Positions 1 through 6,888 of a stretch of 32,000 nt of DNA are shown piece by piece. Source of the stretch: DHVE2 group archaeon (GTDB taxonomy: Archaea; Thermoplasmatota; Thermoplasmata; Thermoplasmatales; Aciduliprofundaceae). The notes beneath the pieces are model-generated. The model ran no database searches and was not told the DNA's origin. It saw nothing but the letters and a program-made list of their open reading frames with translations. Position 1 is the first letter of the stretch. Each line of letters begins with the position of its first letter. Position numbers and translations under genes: made by a program. The stretch covers positions 181,199-213,198 of the forward strand of contig JALWRZ010000010.1 of NCBI GenBank assembly GCA_026993785.1. The letters are read 5' to 3'.

Positions 1-894
1 GTGCTTACCAATGTATCCCTAAGCATAGAAGATATAAGAAGGATAGTGGACGAGGTAGGAGCCACGCTTGCATGGGGTGGCGCTGTAAATCTCGCTCCTG
101 CAGATGACAAAATCGTGCGCATCGAATATCCCCTTGGGATAGACCCTCATTCCCAGGTTCTTGCTTCCGTTATGGCAAAGAAGAAGGCCGTGGGCACAGA
201 TTTCATGGTTCTCGATATCCCCATGGGTCCCGAAACCAAGGTACCCAATGAGAAGGTGGCCAGAAAATATGCCATGGATTTCATTAATTTGGGTGAGAGA
301 TTGGGCATTGTTGTGGAAGCAGCAGTGACATACGGGGGCCAGCCCATAGGGAGAGCCATAGGCCCTGCACTGGAGGCGAGAGAAGCGTTGATGTGTCTTG
401 AGGGAAAGCCCGTGAGCAACTCGCTTATTGAAAAATCCACAGATATAGCAGGCATGCTTCTGGAATTGGGGAACATAGCGGATAGGGGAAACGGCAAGGA
501 TATGGCCAAGGATATATTGAGGAGCGGAAGAGCCAGGGAAAAGTTCCTGGAGATAATAACTGCTCAGGGTTCTAAGGGCATTGAGAGCAGCGAGGATGTG
601 CCTGTGGGAAAATACACCCAGGATCTCCTATCTCCCGAAGAGGGTTATATCTCCGTAGTTTCCAACAGAGCTTTGGTTAAAATTGCCCGGGCAGCAGGAG
701 CTCCTAAGGATAAAGGTGCAGGGATACTTCTCTACAAGAAGAAGGGCGAGAAAATAGAGAAAGGAGAGCCACTCTACACCATATACGCAGATAGCAAGGC
801 AAAGCTGGAAGAGGCAGTTAAGCTTGCAAAAATGCTGAAACCCCTCAAAATAGAGGGTATGCTTCTTGAAAGAATTCCATCCTACAAAAAATGA
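1..894 (+). CDS. AMP phosphorylase / thymidine-phosphorylase-family protein, C-terminal ~297 aa (5' end is outside the window)
   Basis: The ORF is open from the window edge. The translation has the glycosyltransferase-3 core and C-terminal domain typical of archaeal AMP phosphorylase (AVGTDFMVLDIPMGPETKV, GAGILLYKKKGEKIEKGEPLYTIYA). The start at position 1 is a track artefact. Confidence 0.8.
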   Translation: MLTNVSLSIEDIRRIVDEVGATLAWGGAVNLAPADDKIVRIEYPLGIDPHSQVLASVMAKKKAVGTDFMVLDIPMGPETKVPNEKVARKYAMDFINLGERLGIVVEAAVTYGGQPIGRAIGPALEAREALMCLEGKPVSNSLIEKSTDIAGMLLELGNIADRGNGKDMAKDILRSGRAREKFLEIITAQGSKGIESSEDVPVGKYTQDLLSPEEGYISVVSNRALVKIARAAGAPKDKGAGILLYKKKGEKIEKGEPLYTIYADSKAKLEEAVKLAKMLKPLKIEGMLLERIPSYKK

Positions 895-1223
895 GAAAAG
901 TGGAGGTAAGGAGGCTCAGGGATATAAGCGAGGAAGACCTCGGCAAGCTATTGCTGGTTGAAGCCACCGTAGAAGTAGTGTATCCAATAAAGGAGGATTT
1001 GCTAAAGCACTACATTCTCGTGGATTCCTCCAGCCCAATTCAGCGGGCAATATACCTGGAGATGAACTCCACGAGCAGAAGATACCTTATTGGAGATGGT
1101 TACGTTTCTTTTCCCCTTATCAACGCTCCCCTCTCCTTTTATGAGGGACAGAGAATAAGAATCATTGCCAAGCTTGTAAAAAGGAATAATAGGCTTGTTT
1201 TAAAATTCAAAAAGCTTGTTTGA
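891..1223 (+). CDS. Hypothetical 110-aa protein, possibly OB-fold-like
   Basis: Its ATG overlaps the upstream stop in an ATGA junction (891-894), which implies translational coupling. The beta-rich pattern (LLLVEATVEVV ... GQRIRIIAKLVKRNNRLVLKF) resembles an OB barrel. I recognise no family. Confidence 0.5.
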   Translation: MRKVEVRRLRDISEEDLGKLLLVEATVEVVYPIKEDLLKHYILVDSSSPIQRAIYLEMNSTSRRYLIGDGYVSFPLINAPLSFYEGQRIRIIAKLVKRNNRLVLKFKKLV

Positions 1224-1224
1224 A

Positions 1225-2217
1225 TCATTTCAGGAGCTCTTTTCTACAAAGATATACTTCGAGGAGAGAGATTGCCACTATTCCCGAAAGGATTAGTATT
1301 ATCAGGATATAGGGCAACGAAAATTCCTGTGAGCCACCATAAACGTTTGTATGAAGGCCTCCTGCTAGAATAGCGGCATCATTTAAAAGGAGTGCAGTAT
1401 AATTCTCCGCGGAGAATATGTCAATATATGCAACTCTTACCCCAGTTTCCACAGAGAGCTGTTGGGCTATCTCACCAGCCCTGGATTTTTCTAAACCTGC
1501 AGCATTGACAATCAGGCTTATCTCTCCTTCTTTTATCTCTCTTTTTATCTCCTGCAGCTCTTCCCCACCTATGAACTGATTTGGGCCTCTTACTATGCTT
1601 CCCTTTATCTTCATTCCAAGGGTCTTAACTATATAGTAAGTCCCGGGCACGGCAAGAAGCGCTGTTTTGTTCTCCAGCCCCAAGTTCTTGCTCAGAGATT
1701 TTGCTATGGATAGCGATTTATTTATCTCCTCACTTAATTTCTCAAAATTGGCACGGTAGTAATCCTTTCCTGCAGGATCCATGGATTCCAGCTTCTTCTC
1801 TATAGCCTTACATATCCCAAGTGCATTCTTAGGATAAAGCCAGTAACCGTGCACATTTCTACCAAGGCCATCAAGCGAAAATAGAGTGGCATTGTAATCG
1901 GGGAAATCCAAGATCTCCTTCCCCTGCACTTTCTCGAGAATATTGGCATCAAGGGAAAAGAACTCGCTGGAGGCAAGGATTATGAGATCACTTTTCTCTA
2001 TCTTCTCAATATCCTCGTAACGCAGGGAGTAGGAATGTATATCCATGCCCTGTGGCACTATGTAATCCACACTAACCCTATCTCCTCCGATTTCTTTGGC
2101 AAAGCTGGCGTATATCTCAAGGGTAGCAACTACCTCTATTCTACTCTCTCCCAGCCCTCCAGGGAAGAGGAGAATGGAAACTAAAAGGAACGCAGCGATG
2201 AGCGCCATATGCCTCAT
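1225..2217 (-). CDS. Metal (Zn/Mn/Fe) ABC-transporter substrate-binding protein, ZnuA/TroA family, with N-terminal signal/anchor and C-terminal TM helix
   Basis: It has the cluster-9 SBP signature (VVATLEIYASFAKEIGGDRVSVDYIVPQGMDIHSYSL...SDLIILAS). A hydrophobic C-terminal helix (LPYILIILILSGIVAISLLEVYL) is present. No permease or ATPase gene lies next to it. Confidence 0.7.
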   Translation of the reverse strand: MRHMALIAAFLLVSILLFPGGLGESRIEVVATLEIYASFAKEIGGDRVSVDYIVPQGMDIHSYSLRYEDIEKIEKSDLIILASSEFFSLDANILEKVQGKEILDFPDYNATLFSLDGLGRNVHGYWLYPKNALGICKAIEKKLESMDPAGKDYYRANFEKLSEEINKSLSIAKSLSKNLGLENKTALLAVPGTYYIVKTLGMKIKGSIVRGPNQFIGGEELQEIKREIKEGEISLIVNAAGLEKSRAGEIAQQLSVETGVRVAYIDIFSAENYTALLLNDAAILAGGLHTNVYGGSQEFSLPYILIILILSGIVAISLLEVYLCRKELLK

Positions 2218-2251
2218 ATTGTTAGGTTAAACCTAACCAAGATATAAAGAT

Positions 2252-3139
2252 TTACCTCAGAAGATGAAGGGCAAGATAGAAAATTAGGCCTGCTAATGCT
2301 CCCGCATTTAAATATGGCAAACCTGGTTGGGGCTTGCCCTTGTTAACCATGGCTATTAGAAACAGCATGGAAAAGAGACTTCCAATAAGCACGAAAACTC
2401 CTGCCAAGAGCTGGAAATTATTGGCTGCGGAGATCACAAGTACTCCGGGAATAAGAACATCTCCAAATCCCATATAGTAGGCAGCCCTTTCCCGCTTCGC
2501 TGTTTCGCTTATCACACCCTTGGCGTTCTTAAATGAGTATCCCTTCTTGGCAGGAAGAATGAACATTGCGGGAAGCTTGTGCTGTATAACATTGTCAGCT
2601 AGAGCCACCATATGCTTGGTCATATGCACTGCTATGGCGTCATATATGGCGAAGGCGCTCAGAAGCACCACCGCGGGGATTATACTGAAGGATAGTCCGA
2701 GAATAAGAGACACACCCACGGTAACCAGGATTCCTACAGTATTCATCACGTACCACTCAGGATTTTTGAGCATCCATAGAGTTAAGATAATTGCAAGAGC
2801 AAGAGATATCAGATCTGAGAAGGGAATGGAAAAGTAATAAAAGATGGGAAACAAGGCGTACCACATAGACCAGGCGATGGCAAAATAGAATATTCCCTTG
2901 AGAAGCTTGGCTTTCCCCCACTTGGCTATGAGAAGTATAAGAAGGGTGATGAGAATTATGTAAATTAGATAATAAATCGCCGTCCAGGGATTCTTTCCTG
3001 CCTCTCCCATACCGTTGCGATATATTTGGTAAGCAGGTAAAAGAGTCAGAGCTAATAGATTGGCCAGGGCAAAGAGAAGCATCATGTTAAACTGGGCCTT
3101 AACTTCGGGCTTCATCCTTCTTCCTCCTGTTGTACTCAC
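2252..3139 (-). CDS. Presenilin / signal-peptide-peptidase-like intramembrane aspartyl protease (A22 family homologue)
   Basis: The protein is polytopic and carries the YD motif (AIYDAIAV), the GxGD motif (MGFGDVLIPG) and a PAL-like motif (PGLPYLNAG) in the expected order. An alternative start at Met9 (3115) would shorten the overlap with the topA 3' end. Confidence 0.75.
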   Translation of the reverse strand: MSTTGGRRMKPEVKAQFNMMLLFALANLLALTLLPAYQIYRNGMGEAGKNPWTAIYYLIYIILITLLILLIAKWGKAKLLKGIFYFAIAWSMWYALFPIFYYFSIPFSDLISLALAIILTLWMLKNPEWYVMNTVGILVTVGVSLILGLSFSIIPAVVLLSAFAIYDAIAVHMTKHMVALADNVIQHKLPAMFILPAKKGYSFKNAKGVISETAKRERAAYYMGFGDVLIPGVLVISAANNFQLLAGVFVLIGSLFSMLFLIAMVNKGKPQPGLPYLNAGALAGLIFYLALHLLR

Positions 3140-5342
3140 AATCCATGTTTGGACAGATTTTCCAGTCTTTCTTGCCCTTTCTTCGAATTATGATGAGAGG
3201 CGCCCCGCAGTATGGACATACTTCTCCCGTTGGAATTACCTGTCCCTTCTGAGGCAGAGGATAGGTTACATCGCATTGGGGATAATTGGAGCACCCTATG
3301 AATCTCTTGCCGTTGCGAGATTGCCTTATTACAAGATCTCCACCGCATTTGGGGCATCTGCCAACAACGTCCCTCTTTCGATTATACTCACATTTGGGAT
3401 TCAAACACCTAACTTCCGGGCTCTGTCCCCTGCGAATGACCTTGATAAGGGGCAATCCGCATACAGGGCATTTCTTATCCAATATTTCCACATGCCCCGT
3501 TTTAGGCAAATTGTAAAATCTCGTCTCGTTGCTCTTTTCGCATACAACTAGCCTTTTTCTCTCAAGATAGAAGAGAGTGCCACCATCAGGGCACTCTCCT
3601 ATTTTGTACCTCATGGAGTCGCGCATCTCCTTTCCCACAGAGCTAACATTAAGATTGCTGAGAACCTCCTGCAGCATTTTTTTGGATTCATCCACCACAT
3701 CTTCTTTTTTTATCTCCCCACTCTCTATTTTGTCCATATCAATTTCAAGCTTTGCCGTCATATCGGGCTTGATTACCTGCACATCATTCTTCTTAAGGGT
3801 TTCAATCAAAGCTCTCCCTATTCTTGTGGGTCTTATAGGGTTACCTCTAATATATCCCCTGTCAAATAGCTTCTGTATAATCTCTGCCCGTGTGCTCTTG
3901 GTTCCCAGGTTCAATCGCTCCATCTCCTTCACTAAAGAAGACTGGGTATATCGAGAGGGGGGTTTTGTTTGTTTTTCCTCTTTTTCCACGTTCTTCAACT
4001 TTACCTTATCTCCAAGAGAGAGTGACGGAAGCTTGCTTTCTTTAAAAGTGGCATAGGTGTAATATTTCAGCCAGCCTTCTTTAACGATTTTCTTCCCCTC
4101 AGCCAGAAATATCTCGCCCTTAACATCGATCCTTGCCCGCAACTCCTCATATTCCATATCCGGTGCCAGGGTGGCGAGAAATCTACGGACTACCAGCTCA
4201 TATATGGCACCTCTCTCTCCCGAGAGCTTGGCACCTCTGGTGGGCACAATAGGCGGATGATCCTTGCTCTCCTTCTTTCCCCTTGTTGGCACACGTCTTC
4301 TCTCCTTCTGAAGCTCTCGCACCTCTTGGGCGAAGGAAGATTTCTCAAGGGATTTGAGGATTGCATTGATATTCAAGCTCTTGGGATACACTGTATTATC
4401 TGTGCGTGGATAGGAAATGTAGCCGCCCATATAAAGCTCCTCTGCAATTCTCATAGCCCTAGCGGCGGAAAATCCCAACTTGGTAGCTTCACTGAGAAAT
4501 TCTGTGGTGTTGAATGGTGCAGGAGGCCTGACTCTCTTTATTTCATCTGAAAAATCAACCACGGTACCCTCCTTCTCTCCACTCAGCTTCTCAAGGATTG
4601 CATTGGCCTCCTCTTCCTTCCAGAAGGGATTTCCTTCATGGGATGCTTGAAACACGCTCTTTTTCTGAAATTTAGCCAAGATGTTCCAATAGGTTTTCGG
4701 TACAAAGCCCTCTATCTCCTTTTCCCTCTCAACTATAAGTGCCAGTGTGGGACTCTGAACTCGACCAACGGAGAGAAATTCTTTTCCCCTGCGTCCAGAG
4801 GCAAGAGAGATGAATCGGGTGAGTGCAGCTCCCCAAGCAAGGTCTATATGCTGCCTCGCCTCTGCAGCACTGGCAAGGTTGTAATTTATATTCACAAGAT
4901 TCTCAAATGCCCGAGTAATCTCCTCCCTGGTAAGCGCGCTGAATTTTGCCCTCTTCACCGGAACATTGGAGCTAATCAAGGAAAGAGCTTCAACCCCTAT
5001 TAGCTCTCCTTCCCTATCGTAATCCGTAGCTATAATTATCTCATCCGCTTTCTTACCCAATTCTTTCAGAATCTTAGCTATACTCTTTTCCTTAACGAGC
5101 TTTTTTGGCTCTGCATCCACTAAAAGCTGCAGATTCTCGAGACTCCACCTCTTAAATTCCTCGCCATAGTCGAGCTCCAAAATATGACCACGTAGGGGAA
5201 CTACGAAATACTTCTTACCCTCCTTTTCGAATGTATAGTAAATTTCCCTACCTCTTCTAACAGCCTTAATTTCCCCTCCGCTCAGTATTCTAGCTATTCT
5301 TTCTGCCGCATTTCTCTTTTCCGCAATCACCAGTATATTCAC
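3099..5342 (-). CDS. topA: DNA topoisomerase, type IA (TopA / Topo III-like) with C-terminal zinc ribbons
   Basis: It has a Toprim N-terminus (NILVIAEKRNAAERIA, DYDREGE), an active-site region (GYISYPRTDN) and three C4 zinc ribbons (CPVC..CLNPKC, CPKC..CSNYPQC, CPYC..CPNMDC). The ORF stays open to a GTG at 5381. I prefer the in-frame GTG at 5342 (giving MNILVIAEK), which lies about 25 nt downstream of a T-rich TATA-like run and avoids the repeat. Confidence 0.85.
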   Translation of the reverse strand: MNILVIAEKRNAAERIARILSGGEIKAVRRGREIYYTFEKEGKKYFVVPLRGHILELDYGEEFKRWSLENLQLLVDAEPKKLVKEKSIAKILKELGKKADEIIIATDYDREGELIGVEALSLISSNVPVKRAKFSALTREEITRAFENLVNINYNLASAAEARQHIDLAWGAALTRFISLASGRRGKEFLSVGRVQSPTLALIVEREKEIEGFVPKTYWNILAKFQKKSVFQASHEGNPFWKEEEANAILEKLSGEKEGTVVDFSDEIKRVRPPAPFNTTEFLSEATKLGFSAARAMRIAEELYMGGYISYPRTDNTVYPKSLNINAILKSLEKSSFAQEVRELQKERRRVPTRGKKESKDHPPIVPTRGAKLSGERGAIYELVVRRFLATLAPDMEYEELRARIDVKGEIFLAEGKKIVKEGWLKYYTYATFKESKLPSLSLGDKVKLKNVEKEEKQTKPPSRYTQSSLVKEMERLNLGTKSTRAEIIQKLFDRGYIRGNPIRPTRIGRALIETLKKNDVQVIKPDMTAKLEIDMDKIESGEIKKEDVVDESKKMLQEVLSNLNVSSVGKEMRDSMRYKIGECPDGGTLFYLERKRLVVCEKSNETRFYNLPKTGHVEILDKKCPVCGLPLIKVIRRGQSPEVRCLNPKCEYNRKRDVVGRCPKCGGDLVIRQSRNGKRFIGCSNYPQCDVTYPLPQKGQVIPTGEVCPYCGAPLIIIRRKGKKDWKICPNMDCEYNRRKKDEARS

Positions 5343-5376
5343 GCTGCTTGTAAAGTGATATGGTAAAAAAACCTTT

Positions 5377-5444
5377 CCCACGAAGGGGGTTTCACCCCCT
5401 TTCTAAACCCCCTAAAGATAAGGGAGGAGGGTAGAGGGGAGAAC
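5377..5444 (+). repeat. G+C-rich repeat unit U1 (68 nt)
   Basis: The sequence is cccacgaagggggtttcaccccctttctaaaccccctaaagataagggaggagggtagaggggagaac. It is a direct repeat of 5497-5564, with a few substitutions and indels in the 3' third. It contains an 8-bp hairpin, AAGGGGGT-ttc-ACCCCCTT. Confidence 0.9.
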
Positions 5445-5496
5445 GAGCATCTGAGATGCGAGCCAGCCCTGCGTCAGCGGGGCGTTGCGTAGGTGC

Positions 5497-5564
5497 CCCA
5501 CGAAGGGGGTTCCACCCCCTTTCTAAACCCCCTAATGATAAGGGAGAGGTGTAGAGAGGGGAAC
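5497..5564 (+). repeat. G+C-rich repeat unit U2 (68 nt)
   Basis: It lies 120 nt after U1. By manual alignment it is identical, as a reverse complement, to 24844-24911. A 12-nt direct repeat, cgtaggtgcccc, occurs at both ends: 5488-5499 (overlapping the unit's first 3 nt) and 5565-5576 (immediately after it). Confidence 0.9.
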
Positions 5565-5582
5565 CGTAGGTGCCCCTTCGTA

Positions 5583-5603
5583 GGGAACCCGCTGGGGGTT
5601 CCC
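5583..5603. repeat. Palindrome GGGAACC-N7-GGTTCCC (copy 1)
   Basis: The sequence is gggaacccgctgggggttccc, with perfect 7-bp arms and a 7-nt spacer. Confidence 0.9.
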
Positions 5604-5624
5604 AGTGTGGATGCTGGAGGGAAT

Positions 5625-5645
5625 GGGAACCCGCCGGAGGTTCCC
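5625..5645. repeat. Palindrome GGGAACC-N7-GGTTCCC (copy 2)
   Basis: The sequence is gggaacccgccggaggttccc. The arms match copy 1 and the spacer differs. It ends 14 nt before the TATA-like box of tRNA-His. Confidence 0.9.
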
Positions 5646-5652
5646 ATTATTC

Positions 5653-5668
5653 AAAAAACTTTATTTAT
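5653..5668 (+). promoter_or_regulatory. BRE/TATA-like promoter for tRNA-His
   Basis: A purine-rich run (aaaaaac) is followed by tttatttat, centred about 28 nt upstream of the tRNA 5' end (5692). Confidence 0.55.
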
Positions 5669-5691
5669 GAGATGCCAATTTCCTCTTGCAT

Positions 5692-5812
5692 GGCCGGGGT
5701 AGGGTAGGGGCTATCCTAGGGGACTGTGGAAAGCCCCTTTAAAAAGGTGCTTCACCTCTAAAAGGGGCTTTGCAGCAATCCCTTGACCCGGGTTCAAATC
5801 CCGGCCCCGGCC
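5692..5812 (+). tRNA. tRNA-His (anticodon GTG) with a 48-nt canonical intron (5730-5777)
   Basis: I folded it by hand. G-1 (5692) pairs with discriminator C5812. Acceptor stem is GCCGGGG/CCCCGGC. The D arm has G18 G19. Anticodon stem is GGGGA/TCCCT, loop is CT-GTG-GA, and the T arm is CCGGG-TTCAAAT-CCCGG. The intron sits between positions 37 and 38, and the exon-intron junctions form a bulge-helix-bulge. No CCA is encoded. Confidence 0.9.
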
Positions 5813-5817
5813 CTGAG

Positions 5818-6888
5818 ATGATAGATATTGAGTTATTGGCAAAGTATCCTTTTCTTCCAGAAGCGAGGGAGTATGTGGCCAGCATACGCATAGACGAGCT
5901 TTTCTCGCCTATTTACGAAGATGTGCGGGACTATGCGAAAAATTGGATAAAGAGCTCCTTCGAGAATATCCATCTTCCGTTTCTTAGAGGAGAAGATAGA
6001 ATTCTCGCGTTTTACACCGCCAAGCTTTATCTAATTGCCATTCAAGACCCCATTGTTATCCAGAGATTTGCCAATCATTTTCGTGATTCTCTGGAATCTA
6101 TGCTGTTAAGTGAAGAGGAAAATATCGTTGATCTTGTGGCCTCTGGGTTGGGCATAGATTTTAGAGTTGCTGGAGAAGATATTAAGAGAATGAATCTGGA
6201 ATACCGCAATTACCTAGTTTTCAGGATGATTCACTTCATAGATTTTGTAAAGAGTGCATCTAGGATAAGCGGAGATGCTTTCAGGCTCATAAATTATCCT
6301 CTCAAAGATGGATGGGTTCCCGTGAATAAAGAAACATTTGTTAAGATACTAAGGGAAGCCTTTGTCAGAAACTTCACAAGGGAAATAGAGGAAAAAAGAG
6401 GAGACGCGAAAATTCTTCGGAGATACGTAGGGAATGACATAAGGGAAATATTAGAGATAAAGGATAAATTTATTTCCCGCTATAGTTCAGAGGAATTGGG
6501 CGCGGTGAAGAGCGATGCGTTTCCCCCATGCATTAAGAGTATATTGGTGAAGCTAAGAAACGGGGTAAATCTGCCCCATCAAGCCAGGTTTTTTCTCGTT
6601 ACATTTCTTCATAGGATAGGAATGAGTAATGAGGATATTTTGAAGCTCTTTGCCACAGCTCCAGATTTTCGGGAAGATATGACGAGGTATCAGATACAGC
6701 ATATCACAGGTAAAATATCCGGAAAAGAGTATGAAGTGCCTAAATGCGAGACACTTCGTGCTTACGGATTATGTGTTAGAGATGTTTACAAGGACAAGCT
6801 GTGCCAGAAGGACTGGATGACACATCCTCTTCTCTATTATAAGCTCAAGAAGGAATGGCTCTCCAAGCGCTCACAATCCTCTGAATAG
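5818..6888 (+). CDS. priL: DNA primase large (regulatory) subunit PriL
   Basis: The N-terminus (LLAKYPFLPEAREYV) and the C-terminal Fe-S cysteine pattern (FPPCIKS ... VPKCETLRAYGLCV...KLCQ) fit PriL. The track ORF starts at 5770, inside the tRNA. The first ATG is at 5818. Confidence 0.85.
   Translation: MIDIELLAKYPFLPEAREYVASIRIDELFSPIYEDVRDYAKNWIKSSFENIHLPFLRGEDRILAFYTAKLYLIAIQDPIVIQRFANHFRDSLESMLLSEEENIVDLVASGLGIDFRVAGEDIKRMNLEYRNYLVFRMIHFIDFVKSASRISGDAFRLINYPLKDGWVPVNKETFVKILREAFVRNFTREIEEKRGDAKILRRYVGNDIREILEIKDKFISRYSSEELGAVKSDAFPPCIKSILVKLRNGVNLPHQARFFLVTFLHRIGMSNEDILKLFATAPDFREDMTRYQIQHITGKISGKEYEVPKCETLRAYGLCVRDVYKDKLCQKDWMTHPLLYYKLKKEWLSKRSQSSE

Noticed and set aside
3060-5003. Several plus-strand ORFs lie antisense to topA (3060-3551, 3286-3516, 3577-4056, 4257-4550, 4638-5003).
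   Set aside because: They sit inside a well-supported gene and have S/L/P/C-rich, low-complexity composition typical of the antisense of K/E-rich coding sequence.
5377-5645. Possible CRISPR array or leader.
   Set aside because: There are only two 68-nt units 120 nt apart, which is longer than CRISPR repeats. No further repeat-spacer periodicity and no cas genes appear in the window.
5493-5702. A 69-aa ORF (plus strand) reads through repeat unit U2 and the palindromes.
   Set aside because: It lies entirely in the G+C-rich repeat. The inverted copy at 24744-25001 is read by a different ORF from the opposite strand of the repeat, so no consistent protein is encoded. Composition is G/P/R-rich and unlike all neighbours.
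5730-5777. C/D-box guide RNA embedded in the tRNA-His intron, as known for some archaeal tRNA-Trp introns.
   Set aside because: No RUGAUGA or CUGA box pairs are present. The intron is essentially one long hairpin.
5770-5817. N-terminal extension of the priL ORF (MQQSLDPGSNPGPGPE).
   Set aside because: It overlaps the 3' half of tRNA-His. It has no ATG/GTG start supported by context, so it is an artefact of the open frame.
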